The notes beneath the pieces were generated by a model. The model made no database searches. It was not told the origin of the DNA and worked only from the letters and a program-made list of their open reading frames with translations. This document shows positions 63,670 through 64,000 of a stretch of DNA of 64,000 nucleotides, one piece after another; position 1 is the first letter of the stretch, and every line of letters starts with the position of its first letter. A program made the translations under genes and the position numbers. The DNA is from Callorhinchus milii (taxonomy: Eukaryota). Location: assembly GCF_018977255.1 (NCBI RefSeq), contig NW_024704742.1, positions 35,032,001 through 35,096,000 on the forward strand. The letters run 5' to 3'.

Positions 63670-64000
63670 TTTTTGAAACATTTGCAACTATCTCCAACAA
63701 CTTTAAAATGATCTGATTCCAGTATACCAATTGGTTGTGTTAAGTCACTTTATTCAGGTCAAAACAGCAGGTAATACACAAATAAATGAAACAATAATAC
63801 ACAAGACACAAAACGGTACTACCGGATTTCTGTTACAGCACTGGTCGTCTCTCACACTGCTCCGATACAGTTCTGGAGATATATCTAACACACCTTTTTT
63901 AATGACAACTTAAATACTCCCAACAAAGCTGACTTATTAAGAAAAACAACTTCTTATATGATTATCTTCTACAAGCTTGCATAGCAACAGTCTCTACTTT
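63670..64000 (-). repeat. 5' LTR (truncated by the window edge)
   Basis: Near-identical to 61646-61741 and lies next to the PBS. Confidence 0.75.

Larger units (their letters stand above)
61641..64000 (-). mobile_element. Internally deleted retrovirus-like LTR element (5' LTR - PBS - RT C-half - tether - integrase - 3' LTR), runs off the window
   Basis: About 96-bp direct repeat at 61646-61741 and 63675-63771; PBS at 63654-63665; pol fragments between the repeats. Confidence 0.88.

Noticed and set aside
21389..64000. gag relic and pol relic as two halves of one provirus
   Set aside because: They are 40 kb apart, in the wrong order for the minus strand, and have different LTR sequences.

Overview
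Vertebrate genomic DNA, most likely a cartilaginous fish (inferred from the L2/CR1 LINE, Deu-domain SINE and tRNA-SINE content and the short introns). The + strand carries the 3' part of FRAS1 (Fraser extracellular matrix complex subunit 1). I traced 39 coding exons from 248 to the stop at 49839. Their splice phases chain consistently into 7368 nt (about 2455 aa): CSPG repeats, five Calx-beta domains, the conserved C-terminal ectodomain, furin-type sites, one TM helix and a PDZ-binding tail ending GTEV. One intron has a GC donor. Introns and the downstream region hold many L2 and CR1 fragments, two SINE families with L2-like tails and several palindromic MITE-like elements. Less ordinary content: (i) a deleted retrovirus-like LTR element on the - strand at 61641 to beyond 64000, with a tRNA-Ser PBS, YVDD RT, a degenerate RNase H 'tether' and a DDE integrase; (ii) a second LTR relic with a different LTR and a coiled-coil/capsid gag inside a FRAS1 intron (about 21389-23240); (iii) a decayed duplicate of part of a FRAS1 exon near 37.2 kb. 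Repeat boundaries are approximate. Comparisons to human FRAS1 and to repeat families are from memory, not from searches.
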